A stretch of DNA of 64,000 nt from Chrysomallon squamiferum (lineage: Eukaryota; Animalia; Mollusca): the NCBI GenBank assembly GCA_012295275.1, contig CM022671.1, forward strand, positions 30,938,001 to 31,002,000. Reading direction: 5' to 3'. The position numbers and the translations under genes were made by a program. How positions within the stretch are numbered: the stretch's first letter is position 1; every line of letters begins with the position of its first letter. This document shows positions 1 to 34,990 of this stretch, in pieces. A model generated the notes under the pieces. It was not told where the DNA came from and did not search any database. It worked only from the letters and a program-made list of their open reading frames with translations.

Positions 1-421
1 TATCTTGAAAGGTCATTATAGAATGTAATTTTAGTTTTCCTCCTTTGAAATAGTTTTTGTTTTATTTATTTATTTACTTATTTATCCGTTTATTTATAAT
101 TTTTTTTATTTTTATTTTTTTTTTTATTATTATTTTTTTTCATCTTGAAATTGGTTCTATTCGGTAGACACCTCTGCTGTTTCATTTCGTATAACGATTC
201 AAATTTTAGATTATACAAATTTGTATCTCAGAAATACAGTATTAAAGTATCTGGTGGTATGAAGAAATACTTGTCTATATAATTATATTCTTCATATTTC
301 CAAGTTTTGTTTTATTTGTTAGTTTGTTTGTTGTTGTTGTTGTTGTTTTTCTTTCTTTTGTTTTGCTGCCCAGTATTAATTAATAATGAAATGTAATAAC
401 TAAACAGTAGTTTCAAAATAC

Positions 422-435
422 CTGGACGCCGCCAT
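422..435 (-). CDS. Possible first coding micro-exon (M-A-A-S-) of a divergent gene running off the left edge of the window
   Basis: Minus strand reads gaaaaATGGCGGCGTCCAG|gtattt: good Kozak context plus a GT donor at 421-420, in a CpG-containing patch head-to-head with the C12orf56-like gene. No downstream exon identified. Confidence 0.35.
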
Positions 436-1112
436 TTTTCTGTAACCGGTCGTGGGATATAGAGCGGAGCGGTTTGCTTTACATTTCTTTTTGTTTTGTG
501 AGAGAACAAATTACAGTCCTCTGCGTAAGCGAAGACGTTACAGATCTGACTCGGTAAAACAGAAGAGAAAAAAAGATTCCTATATATACAAAATTATTTT
601 ATAGTTTTGAGTATATTATCTTTAGTTAAAGTACGGAGCTGTCATTTACCGTTGAAACGTTAAATTTCTAATCTAAAAAAAAAATAAAAAAAAAAAAATT
701 AAAATAATAATATATATATATATATATACATACATACATAAGGCTTAATTCGATTAATCGTTAATTATGGTTCATTAAGTCTTTGGAGAGAGAGAAAAAA
801 AAATGTGTCGGAAATAGTAGTCATTAGAGATGCGCATTATTAAAGTACGCTAGATATTTACTAACACTGAGTATATTATTTAACAATGAAATTATTTTAT
901 GTGCTTGTTACTTTATTATTTCATTGGTAGTGTCGATGTTCTGCAAAACAGTATATTTACTCCGCACCCGTTTAATATTTGAATCCTAATTATACATAAA
1001 ACCGACAGGTCAACGGTAGCTATCGTGTGTGTTTACAAATGGAAGCCCGCAAGAGATGAAAGAAGCGATGCGAATATTCAAATGTATCTTGCGGATCGAG
1101 AAAACAGTATGA
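436..1112. promoter_or_regulatory. Putative (bidirectional) promoter region of the C12orf56-like gene
   Basis: CpG-retaining region directly upstream of the ATG at 1113. Contains MYB-like ACCGTT/CAACGG (648, 1011) and forkhead-like TGTTTACA (~1030) motifs. Motif function is inferred. Confidence 0.4.
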
Positions 1113-23284
<22,172 letters not shown>

Positions 23285-23447
23285 CCGCTTTCAGTTGGAA
23301 TGGGAAAAAACCCACAAATTAATCAGAGGAGCAACCGAATCCGAACTGCATGCAACGTAGACATGTGATTATCCATTCAGGACTGGATTAAGAGATAAGC
23401 TAGATAATCATCTTATCTTGTATCTCAGAGATTTGTTCTTGATAAAG

Positions 23448-23507
23448 AGCTGGGGTTTGATCCTGTACTCTGCTAGTCTTCAGGACAGTGGTTTAACCAC
23501 TGTGCTG
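23448..23507 (-). mobile_element. Degenerate tRNA-derived SINE head fragment
   Basis: Minus strand cagcacagtggttaaaccactg...gtacaggatcaaaccccagc has A-box-like (AGCACAGTGG) and B-box-like (GGATCAAACCC) motifs at tRNA spacing, but no clean cloverleaf. Confidence 0.4.
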
Positions 23508-23639
23508 TAAAAAAAAAAAAAACAGGAGTTGTTTAGCCTTTATTTGATTGCTTTACCTCACAGTCTGCCAATGTCTTTTTTTAAAAATTATTATTATTTT
23601 TATTATTATTGTTACTGTTATTATTATTACTATTATATT

Positions 23640-23670
<31 letters not shown>

Positions 23671-23743
23671 TTATTTTTATTATTAATATTATTATTATTA
23701 TTATTATTATTATTTTTTTATTTTTTATTATTATTTTTTAATT

Positions 23744-23783
<40 letters not shown>

Positions 23784-25325
23784 ATAAATGCCATTGCCTT
23801 AACCTTATACACCAAAATATTTTTGTGATCACTTTCAAGAACAAATGTCTGCATGTCTGAGCAGGTGCATTATAAGATTAACTATATTAAACTTTTCTTA
23901 TTTTAATTTATTATTTGTATTATTATTAACAAAAAAATACATTTTGTTATTTTATATATAACACAAAATTTCTCTTTCGATGAGCACTGCACATACACAA
24001 TATCTATAAAAAATCTTTATTTTCAGACATCTTGATTTAGACCTTCAGTTTGGTTCCTTCACTTTTTGTCTCTAATCCAACAGATTTGTTGTACTGATGA
24101 TGATGTGATAATAATTTTAATAAGGAAATTACCTTTTTACAATGGAGGCATCACTTTTCAAACAATATTGAATTATATATAGCCAAAAAAATTCAAAAGT
24201 TGACAAAATTATTTTTATATATATATATATATATATTTTTTTATATATAGGTCAATGTTTTGTAAAGAGCCATTTTTAAAGGTGATCTCTACCCAGTTCT
24301 TTGTATTTAGAAATTCCAAGATGAAATCTGGTAAATTTTAAATGCTTTTTGAATTTAAGTTCAAACCACTGCAATTGTTATATTTGATTAGGATATTATG
24401 AGAAGGGTTTGAAATTTTATTTATTTTTGCACTGGGAGTTTTTAAAAGGAAATTTTCAGAAACTGTTTTCCAAAGCATGAACATTTGAATTGAGTTGTTT
24501 TTATTTCTGACTCTTGCACACACAGCCTGTTTGACTTAATAATTTAATGATCTTACATTCATACAGAGAACTGCTCAGGAATGTCAGTTTTTTTGGTTTA
24601 TTGTCACATCACCATAATTGTTCAACATACAACAGGTCTTGAATGATTAATGGACTGTCTATGTTCTTGTTCAAGTATTTGCCACATTTATGAGTTCTTA
24701 AAGGACCAATGTTGAAGTGTATTGATGGAAATTTTATTATTCCACATATGTTTCTAACCATTTTAATTTTTTTTTTTTTTTAACACAGTGTATGTTGATT
24801 ATTTCAAACAAACCAGCCATTCTGGCTTTGACATTTTTTTAATGTCTGTTTTCTTAGCATTTATGTTGGGCTGCTTATTTTTTTTTTATTATTTCCTTTT
24901 GTTTTGTAATGTTTATTTTGTTTGTTTTGTTTTTTGTTGTTTTTTTTTTTTTTCTTTGTAATTCAGTTAAGAAATAGTTATACCTTATTTCTTTTGGGTT
25001 TTTTTAATTTTAATATATAGATATATAAATATTTTTTTACTTTTTGTATTAATGTAAATATACAATACAATTTATTATTTTTATAAATTGCTTTTTTTTT
25101 TTTTTTCTTTTTTTTTTGTTATGCTGGGGTTTTTGTAGATAATAATGCTCCATATTTTTCTGTTTTATTTTTAAACTCCTATTGTCTTCATGACATTTTT
25201 GACTTTAACAACTTTATATTAAGTTTATTGTTTCTTTTGTATGTCTTGTTAAATACACTATAGTGTATTTTGTTGTAAGTTGTTGATGTGTATGTATGTA
25301 AAGTATGTATGTATGTATGTGTGTG

Positions 25326-25361
<36 letters not shown>

Positions 25362-26329
25362 CTTGTGTTCATTAATAAACGTGTGTTTGTTTAGACACTT
25401 TGTTTTCCAATATTGCTTGCCATGCTGTGTCTGATCTCTTTGGTTTAAGTGCCTCATAACATTTCTAACATGTTGAATCATATTTTTATTTTATTTTTAT
25501 ATCAAAGAGATATCACATTTTTTAGTGTTTGATAAATTTAACATTTTACCAGATTTGTTCCATTTTAAAGTACCTGGTACTTGTATAATGTAATATATGC
25601 AAAAATTCTGATAATCTGAATATTTTTTAAGACATTTATATAATATGATTTTTAAAATAAACTAAAATATTTATTTTTATTCTGATGATAACTGAACAAA
25701 AAGTGTTTAGAAAGGGAAACCATATATGCAAAAATATTCATCGCTATGTACGATGTATTAATGTTTGTGTGCAAATACATTATTTTATTCAGTGGTGACA
25801 AACAAAAAGTCATGTAATGTTTTAAAAATTATATTTATTATTATTATTATTGTTATTGTTTTATTAGTATTACTCATGTTAGTGGTATCTAATGTATATA
25901 TATATATATATATATACAAAATTTACTTTTGTTAGAGGTATTTCTGTTTACATAAAAAAAAAACTAATAATGATTTTGTCTAACCTTTGAGTATTAATGT
26001 TATAAAAAAAAAAAACCATCTTTAAAGCATTTTTGGGGGAATATGAGATTTTTGTTCCTGTCCCCCGCCACAACCAAAAGAATTTGGAATATTTTCATAT
26101 TTTGTTGTTTAATTTTTGAATTATAGAAAATATTAAAGTTAAAAAAAAAATGAAATGTGTTTAGAAGTATTATTGTAAATAAAAAAATGTTAAGTTGAAA
26201 TATAATGAATTTATGAATATTTGAAAACTAATATCATGACAAAGAAAAGACAGACTAAGACAGAAAAATTAAAATAGAAAAAATAGTGAGAAAGTAAAAT
26301 GGAGAGAGAGAGGGAGGGAGGGAGAGAGA

Positions 26330-26401
<72 letters not shown>

Positions 26402-27214
26402 TTCTTTTCAAGATAATACAACAGAAGTAACAAATTAATGTTCTCTGATAAAGTACAATTAATATAAAATTAGGTCTTCAGTTATAACATACACAAAATA
26501 ATCTACATTTTGAAATTTGTCTTTTTTATTCTTTAACTATATATACTATCTATCTATCTATCTATCTATATATATAAATGATGATAAGTTTAAATGTTTT
26601 CAGTGATATTTTTTGTCCAGACTGCTCAAAATGTATTTTATTAGCAATATTCGGAGTGTCTTGATTACTTTTAGTGGTTTTAAATACTTACACAGGTTTG
26701 TAGGGATCTGAGGGTGTACACTCCCTCCCCTTTTCACAGTGACCAAAAATATTCACTCATTTTAAAGTGCCTGTTTTGTAGCTCAATAAATTATTATTAT
26801 TATTTTAATGTTTATTTTTTTTCATGTATTTTATTTTATATTCTGCAGCTCTTTCTAGTTATCCTTCTGTTCAGCACTATTTATACATTACATCAGAGTA
26901 GAAAAAATTTATGATCTGCACTTGTGATAAATTTATTATTGCTTTTATTCATTTAGAGAGAGAGAGAGAGAAATTGATTTGTATTTTTGATGCAGTTGGT
27001 TTAATGTATTATTGATGACCAGTCTTTACTGATAATAAAGTAATACTTTAACAAGTCCATGTTGATACATGGAGGCTACCATTTCTCTCAATTTGTTACG
27101 TACCACTTATTTCATGTCTTATAGACTGATCTCTCTGTATGTATGTACGTATTTATGTATGTATGTAGGTGTATATATTGGCCATTTGAATCTATCTGTC
27201 TATATACCTATCTA

Positions 27215-27247
<33 letters not shown>

Positions 27248-29738
27248 GAAGTTTTTTCTGTCTTTCTGTCAGTCTGTCTGTCTTTGATGGCTGTTTGATT
27301 GCACTGCCAGACTAACATTTAATGAAGGCTGCAAAATAATTTTATTATCTTATCATTTTTTCGACCTCTAAGATATAAACTACAGTCAAATGTTAAAGCA
27401 AAAATACTGTAACAAGCTTTGTTAATTTGTTAATGACATTACATTCACAGAATAGTCGTTATTTTTTGTGTGTGTGTGAAGGTTTCTTTTTTCTTCTTTC
27501 AGTATGTGTTTCATTTGTTTTATTTGTATTTTTATAAATCTGGTATTTAGAAGTATAATAATGGAAAAAAAGAATATATATATCAAAAGCTGTTATAATA
27601 ATTGTTTTATGTAAAATGACAGCCTAACAATGGCTGTATTAAGAAATAGGTTTAAATCCACATCAAAATAGAAGTCATTTATTTCTTTATTATTATTATT
27701 TTTTTTTTTTGGACTCTTTAATAAACAATCAGTAAAAAGATTTTTGCAAGAACTGTTGTTATGATGCTGAAAATAATGGCTTTATGAATTTATTTATTTA
27801 TTTATTTATTTATTTTATGTCTTTTTTAATTTTGTTAGTTACTTTTGGGGACATTAATGTTTAATTTTCTTTTGCTCTGTTTCTAACATTATGTGTTAGG
27901 TTGCTGCTGATTATTAATATGCATATGTTATAAAATGTCTGATTAATATTTTATGTGTGTCTATGCATATTTACATAATAAACTGAATGCAATATGCAAA
28001 TCAATTAATACACATAAAATATTTTTAAAACATTATTAAATTATAAACATTCTAATGCAATTAATTAACTGAAAAATTTTTAATCAGCAGAATCATAGGA
28101 TATTAACGGCTATTGTAATTTTTATTTTTTTATTTTTTAAAAATAATTTAAGGGGGAAAAGTAAAATTAAAAGTAAAAGCAAAATGTAACAAAAATTAAA
28201 AATAAAAATTGTGAAATCTTTGTAATAGTTACTGTAACTCATTCTTTATTATTTATTTATTTATTTTCATTCATATCTACAGATTAGACAGCTATTTAAT
28301 ACCAGTGACTGATAACTTAACATATTGTGTATATGTGCATATAATATCTGTATATGTGTGTATGTATATACAAATATATGTGTGTGTACATGTGTCAGTG
28401 TGTGTATTCATGAATATGTATGTGTCATATATATATATGTGTGTTTGTGAAACTTTCACTTAGTTTACTGGTATAATTATAATAATTATATTAACATTTA
28501 CTCATCCATTTCATAGTAATAATGATTTATTTCTTCCTAATAACTGGATTTTGTTTAAATAAATCTGTTACTAATAATATTTCTACACACAAAAAAAAAA
28601 AAATAATAATAATAATAAAAAAAAAAGTAAATGTGTATGAATTATTAAACAGTTTAAAACTTTTGACTCGTAAAAACTCTAAAAAAAAATAAAAAAATAA
28701 TAATAATTAAAAACCCAGAAAAAACCAACAAAATAATAATAATAATAAAAAAAAAAAAATCAGTATAATTTAAAACGTTTGAACAACATTATTTCTTCAT
28801 TGTATTGATTTCAGCTGTTTTATTATTGCTACATAGTCTCTAGAATTCAGGATTTTCACCCCACCCCACTGATTAAAAATCCTGAAACTGCCATACCCAT
28901 GACATTTACATATCAGTTTTATTCCACTGATGTGCCAAAACTATTTTGTTTATAAAGAATCAATCATCTCCACTGAATCTGTATCAGTCACATTAGTAAG
29001 TGTGTAACATTAATGATAAAGTAAAACTATTTTAAGACAAATGTATGTTGATAATTAATATTGCTAATGAGATGTGTTCTGGATGTGCAAAAATAATTAG
29101 TACTGAATTTATTAATATTTTTATATTCATTAAGTAAATTATTAATTTATTATTATTATTATTATTTATTTATTTAGTTAGTTTTTGTTTTTTAAATTGC
29201 TTTTATTAACTATTTCACTTTTTTAATCAAATATTTTATTTATTTCGATTTTAATTACAGTATTGTAGGGAGATAGGTACATTAGGTTTTTATATATATA
29301 TAAATAAAAAAATGGAAAGTTATATTAGATTAATTTATTGAGAGGATGTTGATTAGAAATAAAATTTAAAAAAAGTCAAATAAATTAACCCCTATTTATT
29401 TATTGTAAAAAAAAATAATAATGAAATAAAATAAATCAAAATCAAAAACCTCAAAAACTAATTTAATTAGTTAATTTATTCATTAATTAATTTAACTTTT
29501 ACATGTATTCATTAATATCAATATTAACAAACTTTCATTGCATTTTAAATCTTTTTAATTTTTTTTTTATATTTACATATGTTATTTTATTTTATTTTTT
29601 GTTAATTGAGTAACTGTTCTAAACTTCAAAACTGACTGTAATAAATGGTATTTGTCATTACAATTAACATTTTTTTTAATTATTATTAAACTACATTAAA
29701 CATTGATGTGTTGTTGTTTGTTAATATACATGTATATA

Positions 29739-29787
<49 letters not shown>

Positions 29788-29928
29788 ATTATTAAAAGTA
29801 TTAATATAAATAAATGAATATTTTTTGGCATGATGACTTTTTATTAGAAAAAGACTTGAATTGCTGCAAAGAGAAAAATAATTTCGTAACAAACAAACCA
29901 CAATTTTTTTTTAATAATAATAAATAAA

Positions 29929-30020
29929 TGCTTACTGCACTCGGTGCTCCCAGGCGGTCACCCATCCAAGTACTAACCGAGCCCTACGTTGCTTAATTTC
30001 AACGTGGTATGGCCGTAAAC
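29929..30020 (-). pseudogene. 5S rRNA pseudogene/variant with a ~27-nt internal deletion
   Basis: Minus strand GTTTACGGCCATACCACGTTGAAA^TTAAGCAACGTAGGGCTCGGTTAGTACTTGGATGGGTGACCGCCTGGGAGCACCGAGTGCAGTAAGC. It lacks ACACCGGTTCTCGTCCGATCACCGAAG, which is present in the 40281 copy. Confidence 0.92.
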
Positions 30021-30904
30021 AATTATAACGTTGAAAATAAATCTATATACATCCACTTATCCGGAAGTGTATACTTTTTTTTTTTTTAAATTTGATATTA
30101 AATTTTATTCAAATTTTATTTTTTTCGTTCATTATTTTTAGAAGATCTTATAGTGAGATAACTTCTCATTCTGTCCTTTGTACCATAGCACGCCATTTTG
30201 CTTTCGAAGACGACAGCAATCCTAGCGGGTGAATGGGCTTTATCAAAGCACGTTTGTTTTATCATTTGCGATAAACGGTACCAGATCGTTATATTCCGCA
30301 ACAAGAGTGTACACAAAAAAAGTTATTTCTTTAGCATTATATGCTTAACTTAAATAAATATATACATATATAAAAAAAGTAAAAATAATTTAAAATAAAT
30401 TTTTACAAACTCATTTATAAAAAATGTTATACTAATAAATGCATTTATTATTTATTTTCGTTATTTTTTACAATTTTGTAAACTTTTCTGAATTATTTAT
30501 TTATTATTATTATTATTATTTACTTTATTAACAGCAGCCTCATCGTTCAAAAATAAAATTACAAGTGAAGTAGTTATTATCACGACAGTACACAATGAAA
30601 ATAAAAGTTGAAATGGATTGCTAGCACGAGCCGGATTGATGACGTCATATTAGATCGTTCAATAAAATGTTTTCGTTAATACCACTAACAAAATGTTTAG
30701 GAAATGAAAATGATGATGGTTCGCAGACTCTTAGCCAGAAATTCGCAATATTAGTCGTCAGTAGACTCGCCAATTTAAAAGGTTTTCACTATCAATTCAG
30801 TAACCGTTGAAACGCTACGAAAATCACTTACCTAACCAGAAAGTCGTACAAGAACGAGGTGCTATTGAAAGCGTTTTCTATTTAAAGCTTTACGAATAAA
30901 ACAA

Positions 30905-30952
<48 letters not shown>

Positions 30953-31022
30953 AGTAGTTTCTGTGTAATATATCTGGAGGTAAACATGATTGATTTGACA
31001 AGTCATTGTAAGTTTAGAGATA

Positions 31023-31356
31023 CAGTTACCGGATCAATTATCCGGACTCCTTGGGGCCTGAGGCATTCCGGATTTTTCGATTTCCATGGGGTTTTTTGGT
31101 ACCATCTAAAAACGCATCTATATACGTAAATAATTTGGCATAAACATTTTAAAATTAAAAGCATCAAGAAAATTGACGATACACAACTGTGGTACTCGAC
31201 ACGTAAACAATGCGGCGAGTGAATGAACGCCACGCGGCTTGAAAGAGTATTCCGGTCTGGAGAGGACAACACCCGGGCGCGCGAACTATGAAAATAGCGT
31301 CGGGAAAAAACTTTCGGTTTTCTGGTCTTTCAGGATTTCAGGACGTCCGGTACCTG
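31023..31356. mobile_element. Non-autonomous DNA transposon (MITE, Tc1/mariner-pogo-like), ~334 bp
   Basis: TA|CAGTTACCGGA...TCCGGTACCTG|TA: terminal inverted repeats with TA on both sides, no coding capacity, and related copies at ~17180-17457 and 41335-41400. Confidence 0.82.
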
Positions 31357-31973
31357 TATTAATATTTGCAGAACGACAAATCAGATTTATTTGTAGTAAA
31401 ACCTACTTATAAGAGTAGATATAAACTGCTGTATTACCCAATAACGATTCCTGATATTTTATAATTTATAGAGCCATTAAATAAAAGTAATTGTTAAAAT
31501 AATCTGGTTTTGAATACTTCTAATAAAACAATCACACAAACGCCATTAAAACTATATATTTATTTTCTTTAAAAATAAAATAACAACAACAATAAAATAA
31601 ATTTCTTTCACAACGATTTCTTCATTCCATTTTCACGATTTGAACCCACATAAAACAAACCCTCCGCAACCAAATAATTGACAACTCATTTTCGATCAGT
31701 GACAGTGAATCTGGTATTTTGAAAACATATTTATACCAAAGCCTCTGATAAATAATTTTCCTGAAGTAATAAATATAATTTGATAAAATAATGCGTGTTA
31801 CACGGCCTGTTAAAACATCAGGACATTAATTAGGCAAATTAACATTCTGACAAATAGGCCGGACATACATTTCGAACAAAACACTGATCAGCCCTTATGT
31901 TACGCCTGACAACGCGACCTCGACGGGCCTAAAATAGGTCTTGTGGTTGCAAAATTAAATCAGCCGTCACAGA

Positions 31974-33145
31974 ATGTCGGGTGGGTTTCTAAATAATATT
32001 TCGTGTTTAGCATGTCTGACATTTTATATTTTTCATTTCGATGCGAATCTGAGCAAGTAGTGCTCGTTTGTGGTCGTTTTATTTTATGCAACTTGTTTTG
32101 TATTGTAGAAAACACAATTTGATGAACTTGTTAAATGCATTCAATCAAAGGCATTATATTTATAACGTCATTTGATAGTCGAGGCAAACAAAAGGTTAAA
32201 ACCCAGTTGTTATCAAAATAAAGTATTCTTGGCAACATGTTATATGTCAGTAGTATTTTGTGTTTTTGTTGTTAATTATTGTTCAACATGCTCTGCACTG
32301 AGGCAGCTGATATAAACACTGTGCACGCTTCAACAAACAAGCGGAATTGTTTTTCAGATCGGTGGTTAAAAACGCACGCCAGAAACATGAAAGATACTGT
32401 CTCAGTTTTTATTTGTCTGCGCATTGAGCAATTTCACGTTCCAACCAGAGCCTCACAGTTAGTTACTAAACATCATGCTATCTATTTTAGTGCCTGAGAA
32501 ATAGAGTTATAAAATATCAATGAAGCCAGAGAATCAAGTTTTCTCTCATGTAATTATTCGATTTCAAAACCATAATATTTTTGACTGCCATCAAATAATT
32601 GTTGAAATGTTGTTAAATGCTAGTAACACAGTTCCATCTCCACTGATAAAAATACTGGTATTCATGTTCCTATTATAAATCATGTTAACTTAATGTCACC
32701 AGTTTGTGAACAAATTAAAAAAATAATATAATACAAATGTAACTCAGACATCTAATTTTTAAAAGATTTTTGATTAATATCAGTTTTAACCAAATCAACT
32801 CTTTTAAGAACTTAAATTATTACTACTAAAGTACTATAATTATTATTATTGTTATTGCAGTAGTTATAGTAGTTGTAGTAATAGCATTAGTAGAAGTGGC
32901 TGTAATACTTGTAGCTCTTGTTGTTGTTCTTTGTTATTATTACAAATCGCCTTCTTCCTCTGGTTAAAAACTAATTTTTAATTTTTCTTGTAGGTTTGTA
33001 CCATTCTCCAGCTGTGGCCACACCAACTAAAGATGATTTCACCAAAATATCAGAAGAGCTTGGTTTGAAATGTAACGAAGAAGAGATTGAAGCGATATTG
33101 CGTTAGTTACCAGACAATGAAGTTACTTTTGTTAATATTATGAAC

Positions 33146-33177
<32 letters not shown>

Positions 33178-34925
33178 TGACAAAACTCACAGGAGCATCT
33201 TCAGATATTTTATTAAAATATCATCAAATGCATGTTCAGTGGTATGCACTATAAAATAAGAAAATATATAAACTAACCAAACAAATTAAAAACTAAATTT
33301 AATAAATGAACTTAGCAATTAAAATGAATAAATAAAAAATAAATAAATAAATAAAAATAAAATGTGTTAATTGACAGATCATTTTAAAGACGGGACAGCC
33401 AAAGTACTTCAGAGAATCAATGAATTGGTAGAACCAGCTTTACCAGTGAAATATCCCCGTACCCCGGGGCACAGACCAACTCCCGAGGATAACCCATACA
33501 ATGCCTGGTAAGTTGTTTATTGTTAATTGTAGAGTTTTCAGATGTTTGTGAGCATACATATCTATCCATCCATCAGTACTTCCATAATTGAATATCTCTT
33601 GCTAAAATTATGAATTTTAAAAATATTTTTGTATTATAAAAATAAAACATTGCACACATACATAGCCATTCAGAGATCTAAAAACAGACTCACATATTCA
33701 GACAAACATGGACATTCACATGATTCAGACATATACATAAACATTCACACATTCACATGTATACATAAACTCACATATTCAGAAATGTGCATAGATAAAC
33801 ACATTGAAACACACATATATATATAGACCTTCAGATATTCACACACGAACATAGACACACATATATATTCTGAAACATGCATGTACACTCCAACAAATAT
33901 CATGTTCAGAAACAGAGACACTTAAACATTCAAACAAATACACAGACACATAAACTTGTATACATCTCAACATACACAGACACATAAACTTGTATACATC
34001 TCAACATACACAGACACATAAACTTGTATACATCTCAACATACACAGACACATAAACTTGTATACATCTCAACATGGACTCACAAACTTGAGTTGACAAA
34101 TACACAGACACATAAACTTGTATACATCTCAACATACACAGACACATAAACTTATATTTATCTGAACATGGACTCACAAACTTGAGTTGACAAATACACA
34201 GACACATAAACTTGTATACATCTCAACATACACAGACACATAAACTTGTATACATCTCAACATGGACTCACAAACTTGAGTTGACAAATACACAGACACA
34301 TAAACTTGTATACATCTGAACATGGACTCACAAACTTGAGTTGACAAATACACAGACACATAAACTTGTATACATCTCAACATGGACTCACAAACTTGAG
34401 TTGACAAATACACAGACACATAAACTTATATTTATCTGAACATGGACTCACAAACTTGAGTTGACTGTTCAGGTACTGGCGTTGTGACATCAAGTCAGGG
34501 AAGGAGGGGAAGCTGTCGGGGAAGACTGTTGGAATCAAGGACAGCATCGCTGTGGCTGGTGTGCCCATGATGAATGGAAGCAAAGTGCTGGAGGGTTACA
34601 CACCTGAGTTTGACGCAACAGTTGTCACTAGAATTCTAGATGCAGGTAACAAAAATAAAAACAGCAGTGAATGCTGTAACTGTTACTGAATTCTAGATGC
34701 AGGTAACAAAAATAAAAACAACAAGCAGTGGTGTAATTGTTAATAGAATTCTAGATGCAGGCATTAGGAAAAAGAACTGATATATTTATTTTATTTCATT
34801 TGTTTTAATTCTTACTTTATGAATTAATTTTTATTTATTTATCATTCTTGTTGTGATTATTCTTATTGTTATCAACATCATAATCATTATCATTGTTGAT
34901 GTTTTTCTCATTACTATCATCAGTA

Positions 34926-34990
<65 letters not shown>

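Noticed and set aside
23448-23507. Functional tRNA gene
   Set aside because: A/B-box remnants only; acceptor and T stems do not fold properly.
30116-30316. ORF with AAAATGGCG start (MACYGTKD...) as a gene's first exon
   Set aside because: It is the upstream flank of the 5S unit, and the homologous region at 40040-40160 does not preserve the peptide.
32237-32260. Alternative amidase A start exon (ATGTTATATGTCA|gt)
   Set aside because: Not conserved in copy B, whereas ATGTCGG|gtgggt is conserved upstream of both copies and has the right phase.
33935-34465. CRISPR-like regular repeat array (also 47265-47915, 36672-36879, 13893-14120)
   Set aside because: Head-to-tail units without unique spacers, inside spliceosomal introns, no cas genes: ordinary minisatellites.
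34377-34583. [17 protein letters not shown]... shared with 47147-47455
   Set aside because: Antisense reading of amidase exon 4 plus minisatellite; shared only because the gene is duplicated.
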